From Candidatus Woesearchaeota archaeon (GTDB lineage Archaea > Nanobdellota > Nanobdellia > Woesearchaeales > GW2011-AR9), in NCBI GenBank assembly GCA_945861715.1, contig CAMAVK010000002.1, positions 10,440 to 74,439 of the forward strand: a stretch of DNA of 64,000 nt, read 5' to 3'. The notes below the pieces were generated by a model. That model saw only the letters and a program-made list of their open reading frames with translations. It searched no databases and was not told where the DNA came from. Shown here in pieces: positions 49,102-57,768 of this stretch (position 1 is the first letter of the stretch; every line of letters begins with the position of its first letter). Made by a program: the position numbers and the translations under genes.

Positions 49102-50339
49102 ATTTTTGAGTTATGTTCTTTATTTTCTTCTATCTTTTCTTCTGTTTGGTCTATCCATTTTTGTCTTAATATCTTAAACGAATCATTTTGGATGCTTTGT
49201 TGTATTTCATCCATTAAACGTTTGAAGAATGAGAGGTTGTGGATTGTAGCTAGGGTGTAGAATAGGAGTTCTTTTGATTTTTCAAGATGGTGAATATATG
49301 ATTTTGTGAAATGGGTGCAGGTGTAGCAGGTGCAAGCTGGGTCAAGGGGGGTTTGGTCCTCTTTGTATTTTGCGTTGGTAATTTTTATTCTAAATTTGTT
49401 TTCTACGTTACCACCTGACTCTGGTCGTGTAAAGATATGACCGATGCGTGCGAGTCGAGTAGGAAGAACACAATCAAATGTGTCAATTCCTAATGGGACG
49501 TAGTAGAATATATCGTCCACAGAACCGATGCCAAGAAGGTGTTTTGGCTTGTGTTCGGGGAGATGTTTTAAGGCGTGCGTTACGAGTTTAACTGATTCTT
49601 CTTTTGGGTCACCAAAGATTGAACCAATGCCGATGCCGAAGGTGTTGAGAGTGGTTACAAATTTGGCTGATTCTTCACGTAGTTCTGTGAATCGTCCACC
49701 CTGTACGATGCCGTAGAGTGCTTGGGAGTTGTCAATGTTTATTTTGTTGAATTCCAATACGGAGCGGGTTTCCCAATTGTGAGTTCGTTTTAAGGATGCT
49801 TGCGTGGTGGGGTAGTCTGCGTTGATGTCAAGACATTGATCGAAGGCGAATATGAGGTCGGCTCCGAGTTGACGTTGGATTTGCATTGATTTCTCAGGCG
49901 TTAGGACATGTGTTGATTGATCTATATGGGATCGAAAGGTGACATGTGTGTCACTTATAGTGCATAATTTTCCACTTAATGAGAATACTTGGAATCCGCC
50001 CGAGTCGGTAAACATGGGTTTATGCCAGGCCATGAATTTTTGTATTTTGCCGCCTTTTTCTATGATGTCTGGTCCTGGTTGTAGATAGAGGTGGTAAGTG
50101 TTTGATAGAATACTGTCAAACCCCATGTCGTTGATTTGTTGTGGGGTAAGGGATTTAATGGTAGCTTTGGTTGCTACGGGTATAAACGCGGGTGTGTGGA
50201 TGTCTCCGTGAGGGGTGTGAATGATTCCAAGACGTGCTTGGTTATCGGTGGATTGTTTGGTGATAGTAAATGAGAAATTGTTTGGTTCTCTATCTTTTTT
50301 GTTTGAGTTACTGACGCTTTGTTTGGTTTGATTACTCAT
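49098..50339 (-). CDS. tgt: tRNA-guanine transglycosylase, bacterial/queuine type
   Basis: TPAFIPVAT, NTYHL, TDSGGFQVFSL, GIVQGG, DTFDCVLPTR.AR, CTCYTC...HN zinc site; no archaeosine-TGT PUA extension. Confidence 0.93.
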   Translation of the reverse strand: MSNQTKQSVSNSNKKDREPNNFSFTITKQSTDNQARLGIIHTPHGDIHTPAFIPVATKATIKSLTPQQINDMGFDSILSNTYHLYLQPGPDIIEKGGKIQKFMAWHKPMFTDSGGFQVFSLSGKLCTISDTHVTFRSHIDQSTHVLTPEKSMQIQRQLGADLIFAFDQCLDINADYPTTQASLKRTHNWETRSVLEFNKINIDNSQALYGIVQGGRFTELREESAKFVTTLNTFGIGIGSIFGDPKEESVKLVTHALKHLPEHKPKHLLGIGSVDDIFYYVPLGIDTFDCVLPTRLARIGHIFTRPESGGNVENKFRIKITNAKYKEDQTPLDPACTCYTCTHFTKSYIHHLEKSKELLFYTLATIHNLSFFKRLMDEIQQSIQNDSFKILRQKWIDQTEEKIEENKEHNSKI

Positions 50340-50469
50340 ATATATACAAGAATGTGGTTGATTTAAAATGCTTTTGAGATTATTTGACTTTTTTCCTTAT
50401 TAGTGTGTGAAGCAGAGATATAACCGTTTCTTTTTGTGCTATGAAGATAGCCTCGTACTTATTAAAAAA

Positions 50470-50700
50470 TTAAAATCCTTTGAGGCTTGTTTTGAGAAGT
50501 TGTTCGTTGAAGCCAATAATTGTTCTGTTATCTACTTCGAAAACAGGGACTGCGAGTTGGCCAGTTTTGAAGATTAAATCTTCACGATATTGATGTACAT
50601 CGGTGGTATCAAGTTCTTGGAAAGAAATTTTGTTTTTTTGGAGCCAGGTTTTGGCTTTGACACACCATTCACAGTTATGCACAGTATATAGTTTTATCAT
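50470..50700 (-). CDS. Glutaredoxin (NrdH/YruB-like)
   Basis: CEWC active site, GQLAVPV, IIGFN. Confidence 0.88.
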   Translation of the reverse strand: MIKLYTVHNCEWCVKAKTWLQKNKISFQELDTTDVHQYREDLIFKTGQLAVPVFEVDNRTIIGFNEQLLKTSLKGF

Positions 50701-50767
50701 CTATCTGCCCTCCGCTATGCATTTTGGACATATTGGTTTATATAATCTTTGTGTTTATGGTGTATAT

Positions 50768-51115
50768 ATGCATGAGAAATATTTGTGGGTGGTGAATATT
50801 GCGTTAGTGGTGGTTATTGTGATAGTTGTACTTCACTTGAGCGGCATTACGTTTCCTTCCGTTGGGAAGGTACGGGCTTTGGTCGATGGTGAAGAGCCAA
50901 TGTGTGGTGTACAATATAATTCTGTTTTTTCTCCCGTTGATATGAGTGTTTGTTGTCGAGGTGCATCACAACAGTTGTCTTGTAATCATAAATCAGAGAT
51001 AGTGTTTGGTGTTCGTTATGATTATATTTGTAGTACCGGTCATGGAGATGTTGCGGTGTATTTATTGAATGCTAAGGCTCATAATGAATGTAGTACTCTT
51101 GTGAGGATGCCATGA
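50768..51115 (+). CDS. Small membrane-anchored Cys-rich protein
   Basis: N-terminal TM, six Cys in the outer part; ATGA overlap with the GH3 gene. Confidence 0.65.
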   Translation: MHEKYLWVVNIALVVVIVIVVLHLSGITFPSVGKVRALVDGEEPMCGVQYNSVFSPVDMSVCCRGASQQLSCNHKSEIVFGVRYDYICSTGHGDVAVYLLNAKAHNECSTLVRMP

Positions 51116-52206
51116 GCTCAGGAAAATTCAAATTAAAGTTTGTTGAGAAGGTGTTTATTGTTCTTGCAGTTTCTCTTTTGTTTTTTGCGAGTGTGGATAT
51201 TGCTAAAGCCCAGGGAAAATTAATTTCTACTAATGGTGAAATAATAGTTCGTTCTGGAGTTATTGATTTGGATGATTTGAGTGTTGAACAAAAGGTTGCT
51301 CAAATGATTGTTGTTGCAGGAGAGGATTATCACGTTGAAGCGTGGAAGAAGTTAGGTGTAGGTGGAATTCATATGTATGCACGAGGATCTGCGAAGGAGT
51401 TTAAATCCTCTATTGATTCATTTCAAGAGGGTAAAGCTGTACCTTATTTCGTGAGTGTTGACTTGGAGGGATGTTTAAACCCACTTGCTGCGTTTTATCA
51501 GTCAGTACCGGTATCACAAATTCGAACCCCCGGCGATGCATTTCAAAAAGGTTTGGATGATGGTCGTGAATTATCGGGGCTAGGTTTCACATTGAATTAT
51601 GCTCCGGTTGTAGATTTGGATGATACTATTTGGGGGTGTCGTGCATTTATGGGAACTGTTGAGACTAAGGAAATACTTGCACAGTCGTATATCCTTGGTT
51701 TACAAGATACTGGTATCATTGCCACGGCAAAACATTATCCTGGCCAAGCATTGGTTATTTCTGACCCACATAAGTTTTTAGTTTCTGCTGATATCACAGA
51801 AGATGATGTGGCACCTTATGAATACTTGTTTCGAAAAGGTGATGTTAAGGCAGTGATGGTAACGCATGTTATTGGGTCTGGTGCGGTTAATAGTCATGGT
51901 GTTCCTGCAGTTGCTGACCCTGAAGTGATTGCTTCAATTCGATCTCAGTTTGATGGTTTAATTATTACTGATGAAATTATGATGCTTGGTCTTAAAAATT
52001 ATTATTCTTCCACAGATGAATTGTATTTGGCCGTTTTCAAAGCTGGGTCGGATGTGGTCTTAAATTTTAATAATGATCCTTATGAAATTGAGATGATGAT
52101 TTCTGTTGTATCTTCAGCAGTAAGGTCGGGTGAGGTTGATATTAATCGCGTTGACTCGTCTGTGACACGGATTTTGGAAGCGAAAGGTTTTACAGTGCAA
52201 CAGTAA
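51112..52206 (+). CDS. Exported glycoside hydrolase family 3, NagZ-like beta-N-acetylhexosaminidase
   Basis: Signal peptide; SVDLEG, NYAPVVD, KHYPG......DPH, VMVTH, IITDEIMM, RVDSSVTRIL.AK. Confidence 0.88.
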   Translation: MSSGKFKLKFVEKVFIVLAVSLLFFASVDIAKAQGKLISTNGEIIVRSGVIDLDDLSVEQKVAQMIVVAGEDYHVEAWKKLGVGGIHMYARGSAKEFKSSIDSFQEGKAVPYFVSVDLEGCLNPLAAFYQSVPVSQIRTPGDAFQKGLDDGRELSGLGFTLNYAPVVDLDDTIWGCRAFMGTVETKEILAQSYILGLQDTGIIATAKHYPGQALVISDPHKFLVSADITEDDVAPYEYLFRKGDVKAVMVTHVIGSGAVNSHGVPAVADPEVIASIRSQFDGLIITDEIMMLGLKNYYSSTDELYLAVFKAGSDVVLNFNNDPYEIEMMISVVSSAVRSGEVDINRVDSSVTRILEAKGFTVQQ

Positions 52207-52313
52207 GAATTATGACGCAATAAAGTGATTTATGGTATAGAGAAATGTTTTGTGGTGTAGAGAAATTTTCTGTGCTGCAAATTGAGAACTGGTAGTACGA
52301 TTTGAGTTTAGAG

Positions 52314-53180
52314 TTATGGGATAGTAATTTTTTTCTTTGATGTCTTGACAGTAGTTTCTTTTCCTGGTTCCACTGTGTTGGTGTGCATGGTTATTTTTGT
52401 TGTGTGGTGATCGATTTCTATTATTGTTCCGTGAGTTAGAATCGTTGTTGGTTGGAAATTTGGAAGTTTTTCAGAACTGATGAGGATGCCTTGTTCTCCT
52501 TGGAATAAATGCATATGAGTGTAATGTGGGTTTTTTTTACAATTTATGGATATGAGACTTTTTTCGTTGGTGCTTAGTATTATATTTGATGCTCCAGGAT
52601 AATTATATTGATTAATAGTATTGCGAATGTCAATTGGATTTTTCGTTAGTAGGTAATTTTCTAAAATAGAGTGAAATAATTTTTCGGAATCCGTGGTTCC
52701 TTTAGGACTGAATACTTTGTTTTGTGGAATATTATCTTTGATCGTTCCGTTATGACAAAAGAAATATTTTTGCAACTTTTGGTTTTCTTTTTTTTGTGGT
52801 ACTATATCATGTGAGGCTGCAATTGTTAATTCAAATGGGTGGGTGTTTGCCATGGATATTTTTCCTATGGTTGCTCTACGTGTGTGGATGATTGTTACAG
52901 TTACTGAATGTTGTTTTGTTTCTTTTTTTGTTGTTGAATTGTTTACTTTTCTAGAAGTTAATTTGTAATTTGTCCAAATGGGTTTAGTTGATTTGTAGGT
53001 AATCCATTTGTTGGTGTTGGGATTGTATTTAGCGATTCCCCAACCATCTTTATGTGGAAAATTTCCTTTTGTGAAATTATTTAACTCATGTTCACTGAGT
53101 ACATCTTGGGCCATGGCACTGGCGTTTTGAAGTAGAGTTTGTGAATTAAAAGTTCCAACTGCGATTAGCATTCGACACAT
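52314..53180 (-). CDS. Class II glutamine amidotransferase (YafJ/EgtC-like)
   Basis: N-terminal MCRM, HKDGWG, HTRRAT, NTHPF, FCHNGTI, GTTDSE. Confidence 0.9.
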   Translation of the reverse strand: MCRMLIAVGTFNSQTLLQNASAMAQDVLSEHELNNFTKGNFPHKDGWGIAKYNPNTNKWITYKSTKPIWTNYKLTSRKVNNSTTKKETKQHSVTVTIIHTRRATIGKISMANTHPFELTIAASHDIVPQKKENQKLQKYFFCHNGTIKDNIPQNKVFSPKGTTDSEKLFHSILENYLLTKNPIDIRNTINQYNYPGASNIILSTNEKSLISINCKKNPHYTHMHLFQGEQGILISSEKLPNFQPTTILTHGTIIEIDHHTTKITMHTNTVEPGKETTVKTSKKKITIP

Positions 53181-53334
53181 TATAGTTTCACTTTAAGTAA
53201 GCCTTGAAAGGGCATTTATAAACCAGTAGGGTCGTTTTGGTTGGTTGGTGGGGTGTTTTTATGATAGAAATGTGGTAAATAGCCTATTTGTAACAAAAAG
53301 TTAATAAAAGTGTGCCTTGGTTTGATGGTTTGAA

Positions 53335-53502
53335 GCCCCAGTGGCATAGCGGTATCGCACCTGACTTGTATCTGTTGCCAAACGTGTCAAAGTGACGTTT
53401 GTTGGTTTGATTGTGTTGTTTAGCAAACAGTTTGATATCAGGAGGTCGTGAGTTCAAAAAATAGGACATATCCTGTTCTGTTGGAAATTCTCACCTGGGG
53501 CT
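53335..53502 (+). tRNA. tRNA-Thr(TGT) with 66-nt anticodon-loop intron (53371-53436) and 31-nt T-loop intron (53458-53488)
   Basis: Acceptor GCCCCAG/CTGGGGC T; anticodon arm CCTGA-CTTGTA^A-TCAGG; T arm GTGAG-TTCAAA^T-CTCAC after splicing. Confidence 0.85.
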
Positions 53503-53600
53503 TTTTTTCCTTTTTTAGTCTTGATGGATGTGTCTGGTTTTAGGTGTGTGGGCATTAGATTTTTGAGTAACATAATGCATAAAAAGCTTTGAATCTTTGG

Positions 53601-54770
53601 ATGAGTATGGGTTTTTGGGATTCAATACGGTTAAAATTTAAGACGTCTTCTGTTTCTTCTCATTCAAGTGAAATTCTAGTATATTCGGGTGTGCGTGTAT
53701 GGGTCTCTTCGATATTGAAGGATACAATTTTGCAATCTGGGTTTGAGATGAAATCTCGAGAATATATTGATTTTCTTCATGCACAGGTGAAACTTTTTTC
53801 TTCATATGATCATGGGGGTGGTCGAGCTATAGCTGAGCTTCTTAAAGATACGAAGATGAGCGTTGAAGATTTTTTGTATTTACATGAGGAGACGAGACGG
53901 TTTTTGCTTGATGGAAATTTACGTCGAGAGCAGTTTAAAGAGCTTCATAATAAAGTGGATGTTTTTGAAGATTTTTTGGTACAATCCAAGATACGATCAA
54001 TTTTGTTACTCGTGGAACGCGTTGGCTTACTTGATGAATATTGTGAATCTTTGAGTACTGAACAAAAAGCGCTTGAAGCGAAGCTGGAACGTTTGAATTA
54101 TGCTAGGGGTATAGTCATAGGTAAACAAGAAGAGTTTGATTTGTTACAACGTGATTTGGGGATGGAAATGAACTTAGGATCTGAGCGAATTTCTAGACTC
54201 CATGAGGAAGAACTTTCCATTGTTCGTGATCTTACTGGGTTTTTTTCTTCATCTGCTGCGTTGTTTGAAATGTATTGTGCGCAGCATGGGAATTCATTTG
54301 AAAATGCTGAGCTGCTTCGGAAATATCAACGCGATCCAAGCATGTTGTTGGTTCAAGATAAAAATTTAGAAATTTTGAGGGTGTTTGATGAGATCATTTT
54401 AGGTGTTGAGAAAAAAAATCTGGGTAGCGGGGTGGATGATTTAGAGTTTATCATTTTAGAGATTAAACGTATTGATTTAAGTCGAATGGCAGCTGATTTG
54501 ATACGTATTTATGCTGATTTGAAGCGAAAACCAATGATGGATGGAGCAATTAAATATAAACTAGAAGATTTGAAATATCGTATGGCACATTTTCAATCTC
54601 AGGTAGATATTTTGAATTCACAGGTTTTGGTGATTACTGATCGTATTAATGAGTTACGTCAATTGCATGCGCGAGAAATTTCTTTATTTGAAAATATCTT
54701 TCTAAAAAGTTTTGGAAGGGTGGTTGTTATTGAAGTACCGGTCGAGTTACAGCAGGAAAATATGCAATAG
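53601..54770 (+). CDS. Coiled-coil hypothetical protein
   Basis: Long helical/heptad composition. Confidence 0.7.
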   Translation: MSMGFWDSIRLKFKTSSVSSHSSEILVYSGVRVWVSSILKDTILQSGFEMKSREYIDFLHAQVKLFSSYDHGGGRAIAELLKDTKMSVEDFLYLHEETRRFLLDGNLRREQFKELHNKVDVFEDFLVQSKIRSILLLVERVGLLDEYCESLSTEQKALEAKLERLNYARGIVIGKQEEFDLLQRDLGMEMNLGSERISRLHEEELSIVRDLTGFFSSSAALFEMYCAQHGNSFENAELLRKYQRDPSMLLVQDKNLEILRVFDEIILGVEKKNLGSGVDDLEFIILEIKRIDLSRMAADLIRIYADLKRKPMMDGAIKYKLEDLKYRMAHFQSQVDILNSQVLVITDRINELRQLHAREISLFENIFLKSFGRVVVIEVPVELQQENMQ

Positions 54771-54814
54771 GTACATCATTATTTAGATTGTTCTATTTTT
54801 GCAAGTTTGCTGTT

Positions 54815-55870
54815 TTATTTCCTCTTTTTTTTTGATGGTTTAGTTTGAGTAAATGTGGTTTTTTTCTTTTTGTGATTTACTTTGATTGTATTTTCTGCGT
54901 GGGTGGGATGTAGGGAAAGAGGTATTGTTTTAGCAGTATCCCATTTTGCTTGTAGTTCTAGGATTGCGAGTTCGAGTTGTTTATTTGTTAAGTCTTGATT
55001 TAGTTTGATGTTTGATTGGGTGTTTGTTGTTTCGTTTGTGGTGTTTTTTTTATGCGGGGGGAGGTGATGTGGTTTGATTGTTGGGATTGCGTGAAGTGGT
55101 GCGTGATGTTGATCAAGTAGTCTTTTGTGGGGGGGAAGAGCATGTTGAGTAGTTTTCTTTTGGAAGGAGGCTTTTACTTTTGCAATTTTTTCTTTTATTT
55201 TGTGGAAAGTTACAGAGTCTCTTTTGGGATGTGTTGTAAATGGTGTTTTTTCTATTTTGTTTGGTGTGTTTGTGATAGTCTTTAGTATTGGTTTTGTATT
55301 GGTGAACATTGCTTGTGTTGGTCTTGCTGGTTGTGTAACTGGTTTTAAATGGGAGATTTTTGAGGGACTATTTATGATGTTATTTATTGTTGTTGCATTG
55401 GATTTAGATTGAGTATGTTTTGATGTTGGTTGTGAATTCGTATTATGATTGTTATGAAGAAGGATGTGACCACGTTTTGGTATTGTTTTTATAACTGGTC
55501 TTTCTAAGAATTCTTCTGCATTAAATTCAGGTTCTATGTGTGGTGTTAAATTTGTTTTTTTGATTATTGGTAATGGTTCTCTACCTTCGAGAATGGCGAT
55601 TTCACGTTCTATTTTCTCTAATTCTTTTGCAAGACGTTGTTCTTCGTGTTGATGTTTGTTATGTGTTTCTTCACGTTGTTTTTTGGTTGTTTGAGCTAAT
55701 TTTTGATTAATTTTTAGCAGTTTTTTTGTTAGAAGCGGATCTATTTTTAATGGGGTGGTTATAAGTGTACGTGGTAGTATGACGTTATTTGCGTCCACAC
55801 TTTGAGCATAATTGTTACTATTAGGACTTGAGTCTTGTTTTTTATTGAATATGCGATCAAAGACACCCAT
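54815..55870 (-). CDS. Low-complexity basic (K/T/H/P/N-rich) hypothetical protein
   Basis: AGGTGA RBS before MGVFDRIF; short coiled coil followed by a disordered region. Confidence 0.6.
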   Translation of the reverse strand: MGVFDRIFNKKQDSSPNSNNYAQSVDANNVILPRTLITTPLKIDPLLTKKLLKINQKLAQTTKKQREETHNKHQHEEQRLAKELEKIEREIAILEGREPLPIIKKTNLTPHIEPEFNAEEFLERPVIKTIPKRGHILLHNNHNTNSQPTSKHTQSKSNATTINNIINSPSKISHLKPVTQPARPTQAMFTNTKPILKTITNTPNKIEKTPFTTHPKRDSVTFHKIKEKIAKVKASFQKKTTQHALPPHKRLLDQHHAPLHAIPTIKPHHLPPHKKNTTNETTNTQSNIKLNQDLTNKQLELAILELQAKWDTAKTIPLSLHPTHAENTIKVNHKKKKTTFTQTKPSKKKRK

Positions 55871-56016
55871 TATTTCACCTTGGGTTGTCTATATTCTAGC
55901 GTATTTAAACGTTGTTCTTTTTGAAGTCTATCCAATGGAATCAAATTAGAATTTTATTAGAATCCTATCATGTAATGTTGGTTAATTTAACGTTTTTAGA
56001 AGAAAAATTACCCTTG

Positions 56017-57270
56017 TTATTTTTTTGATAGTGCACGTGTCGATTTCTTTTTGTTTTCTCTCTTTTTTTTGGCATTATCTTTTGGTTCTATGGTTTCTTC
56101 TTCATTTGGAGAACTGTTTTTGTTTTTAGTACTCGCTTTGTCATTTTTAAGAGAAGTTACTTTTCCTTTAGATTTTTTAATATTTATATCTTCAACTACA
56201 TTATCATCGTTTTCATCCTCTTCATCACTATCAATTTCTTCGTTGCTTTGATCCTTTTCATTATTATCGTTGTCTTCATCATCTTCATCATCAGAGGGGC
56301 TTTCGTCTATTTCTTCTACTTCAGGAACGGGAAGAGGTGCAAGTTCAGCGATTTCTGCAAGAATTGTGTCAATTTCTTGGTGTTTTATTTTAAATTTTTT
56401 GAGGTCTTCTTTTGGGGTTATGTCTTTTTTACTGATGTATACAAATGTTTTTTTGATGTTGCTTATTTTGTGATATAAAGCGATTTGATCGTCTAGTGAA
56501 TACCCACTGGTATCAGTTAAGTCGAATACATATATAATTGATGAAGCGACTTCAGCTACGGCGAGTTCGGCTTGGAGTTCAACGGGATTTTGTTTTTCTC
56601 GGTTGAGAGTTCCGGGTACATCGAGAATTTGTATTCTTTTTTCTCCAACGGTGGTGTAGCCCACGTTAATTGAGATGGTGGTAAATGCGTATGGTGCGAT
56701 TTTTGCTTTACTTTTTGCGATCATATTAAGGAGAGTACTTTTTCCTACGTTGGGAAATCCATAAATGCAAAATGTATACATTTCTTTGATGTCAGGGTAG
56801 CCCCGAAGTATTTTTCGATAGTGGTCGAGTGTTTTTAATGGTCCGCGAGTTCCTTTAATAATGGAGGATACTCGACCGTAGAATTGGGTTGATTGGGTTT
56901 CGATGAATTGTCGGTCGCTTGAGGTTGCTATTCCACTCGCGTACTCTTTATGAATACGTTTTACTTGACGTTTAGCGAGTTCTAAGCCTCTAATGGCATA
57001 TTTTAGGTTGATTGGATCTAAGGTTAGTTTCATTAATTCCGTATAAAAGAATGGTAAGTCTTGCGTTTTTGGAAATGCTTGAATGGTTTTTTCTAATCTT
57101 TCAACGATGGTTGAGACGATTACATCTAATTTGATTAGTTCTTTGGTACGAATTTTGTTTGCGTAATCTCCGGATATCTTTTTGCTGTTTGAGCGCTCTC
57201 GGGCTTTTTTGAAGGCTAGATCTAATAATAACTCAGGATTGTCCGGTGGTGGGATATACTGGAAGTTCAT
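56017..57270 (-). CDS. NOG1-family GTPase with acidic/basic C-terminal tail
   Basis: N-terminal helical domain, GFPNVGKS, PYAFTT, DVPG, SKKD. Confidence 0.9.
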   Translation of the reverse strand: MNFQYIPPPDNPELLLDLAFKKARERSNSKKISGDYANKIRTKELIKLDVIVSTIVERLEKTIQAFPKTQDLPFFYTELMKLTLDPINLKYAIRGLELAKRQVKRIHKEYASGIATSSDRQFIETQSTQFYGRVSSIIKGTRGPLKTLDHYRKILRGYPDIKEMYTFCIYGFPNVGKSTLLNMIAKSKAKIAPYAFTTISINVGYTTVGEKRIQILDVPGTLNREKQNPVELQAELAVAEVASSIIYVFDLTDTSGYSLDDQIALYHKISNIKKTFVYISKKDITPKEDLKKFKIKHQEIDTILAEIAELAPLPVPEVEEIDESPSDDEDDEDNDNNEKDQSNEEIDSDEEDENDDNVVEDINIKKSKGKVTSLKNDKASTKNKNSSPNEEETIEPKDNAKKKRENKKKSTRALSKK

Positions 57271-57375
57271 AAGGGTGTAAGATGATGGTTGTTTTATATA
57301 GATTTGTGTGGAAATAGGAGAAGTTTTGGTTTTTTGTTGGGGTTAGGGTTTATTCTGGTTTTGAATGTGTGTTTA

Positions 57376-57708
57376 TTATGGTAATTCGTAATAGGTTATA
57401 TCCACTCTGTCAAAACAACATCGACTTCCAGTATATCCATGTTCGATGAGATTTTGTAGGTGGCGTTCATCGATGTAGACATCGTATCTGTTTCGTTCTG
57501 TTAGGGATACGTTTGGTGGGGTTGCTGTGATATGGAATCCAGGTTCTTCGATTCCATCATTTTCAATGTGTTCTAGGAGGTGAAGGGTGATGTCACAGAT
57601 GTGCCACCCGAATGTTTTTGCGTCGATACGGCTTTCTTTGAGAAGGGTGTTTTTGTCTTGGGGGGTTAAGTCGATGGTTAGGCCAGTGTATGCTACTGCT
57701 ATCATCAT
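57376..57708 (-). CDS. Hypothetical protein
   Basis: 110-aa ORF with TTTAAA upstream. Confidence 0.55.
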   Translation of the reverse strand: MMIAVAYTGLTIDLTPQDKNTLLKESRIDAKTFGWHICDITLHLLEHIENDGIEEPGFHITATPPNVSLTERNRYDVYIDERHLQNLIEHGYTGSRCCFDRVDITYYELP

Positions 57709-57768
57709 TCTTAGGTGTGTGATTAGTGTTTAAAAGAATTATTGTGGCGTTTGGATTGTGTGGATTTA

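Noticed and set aside
49098..53180. tgt plus class II glutamine amidotransferase as an archaeosine (GAT-QueC-like) pathway
   Set aside because: The GATase is a stand-alone YafJ/EgtC type without QueC, is separated by unrelated genes, and the TGT is not the archaeosine type
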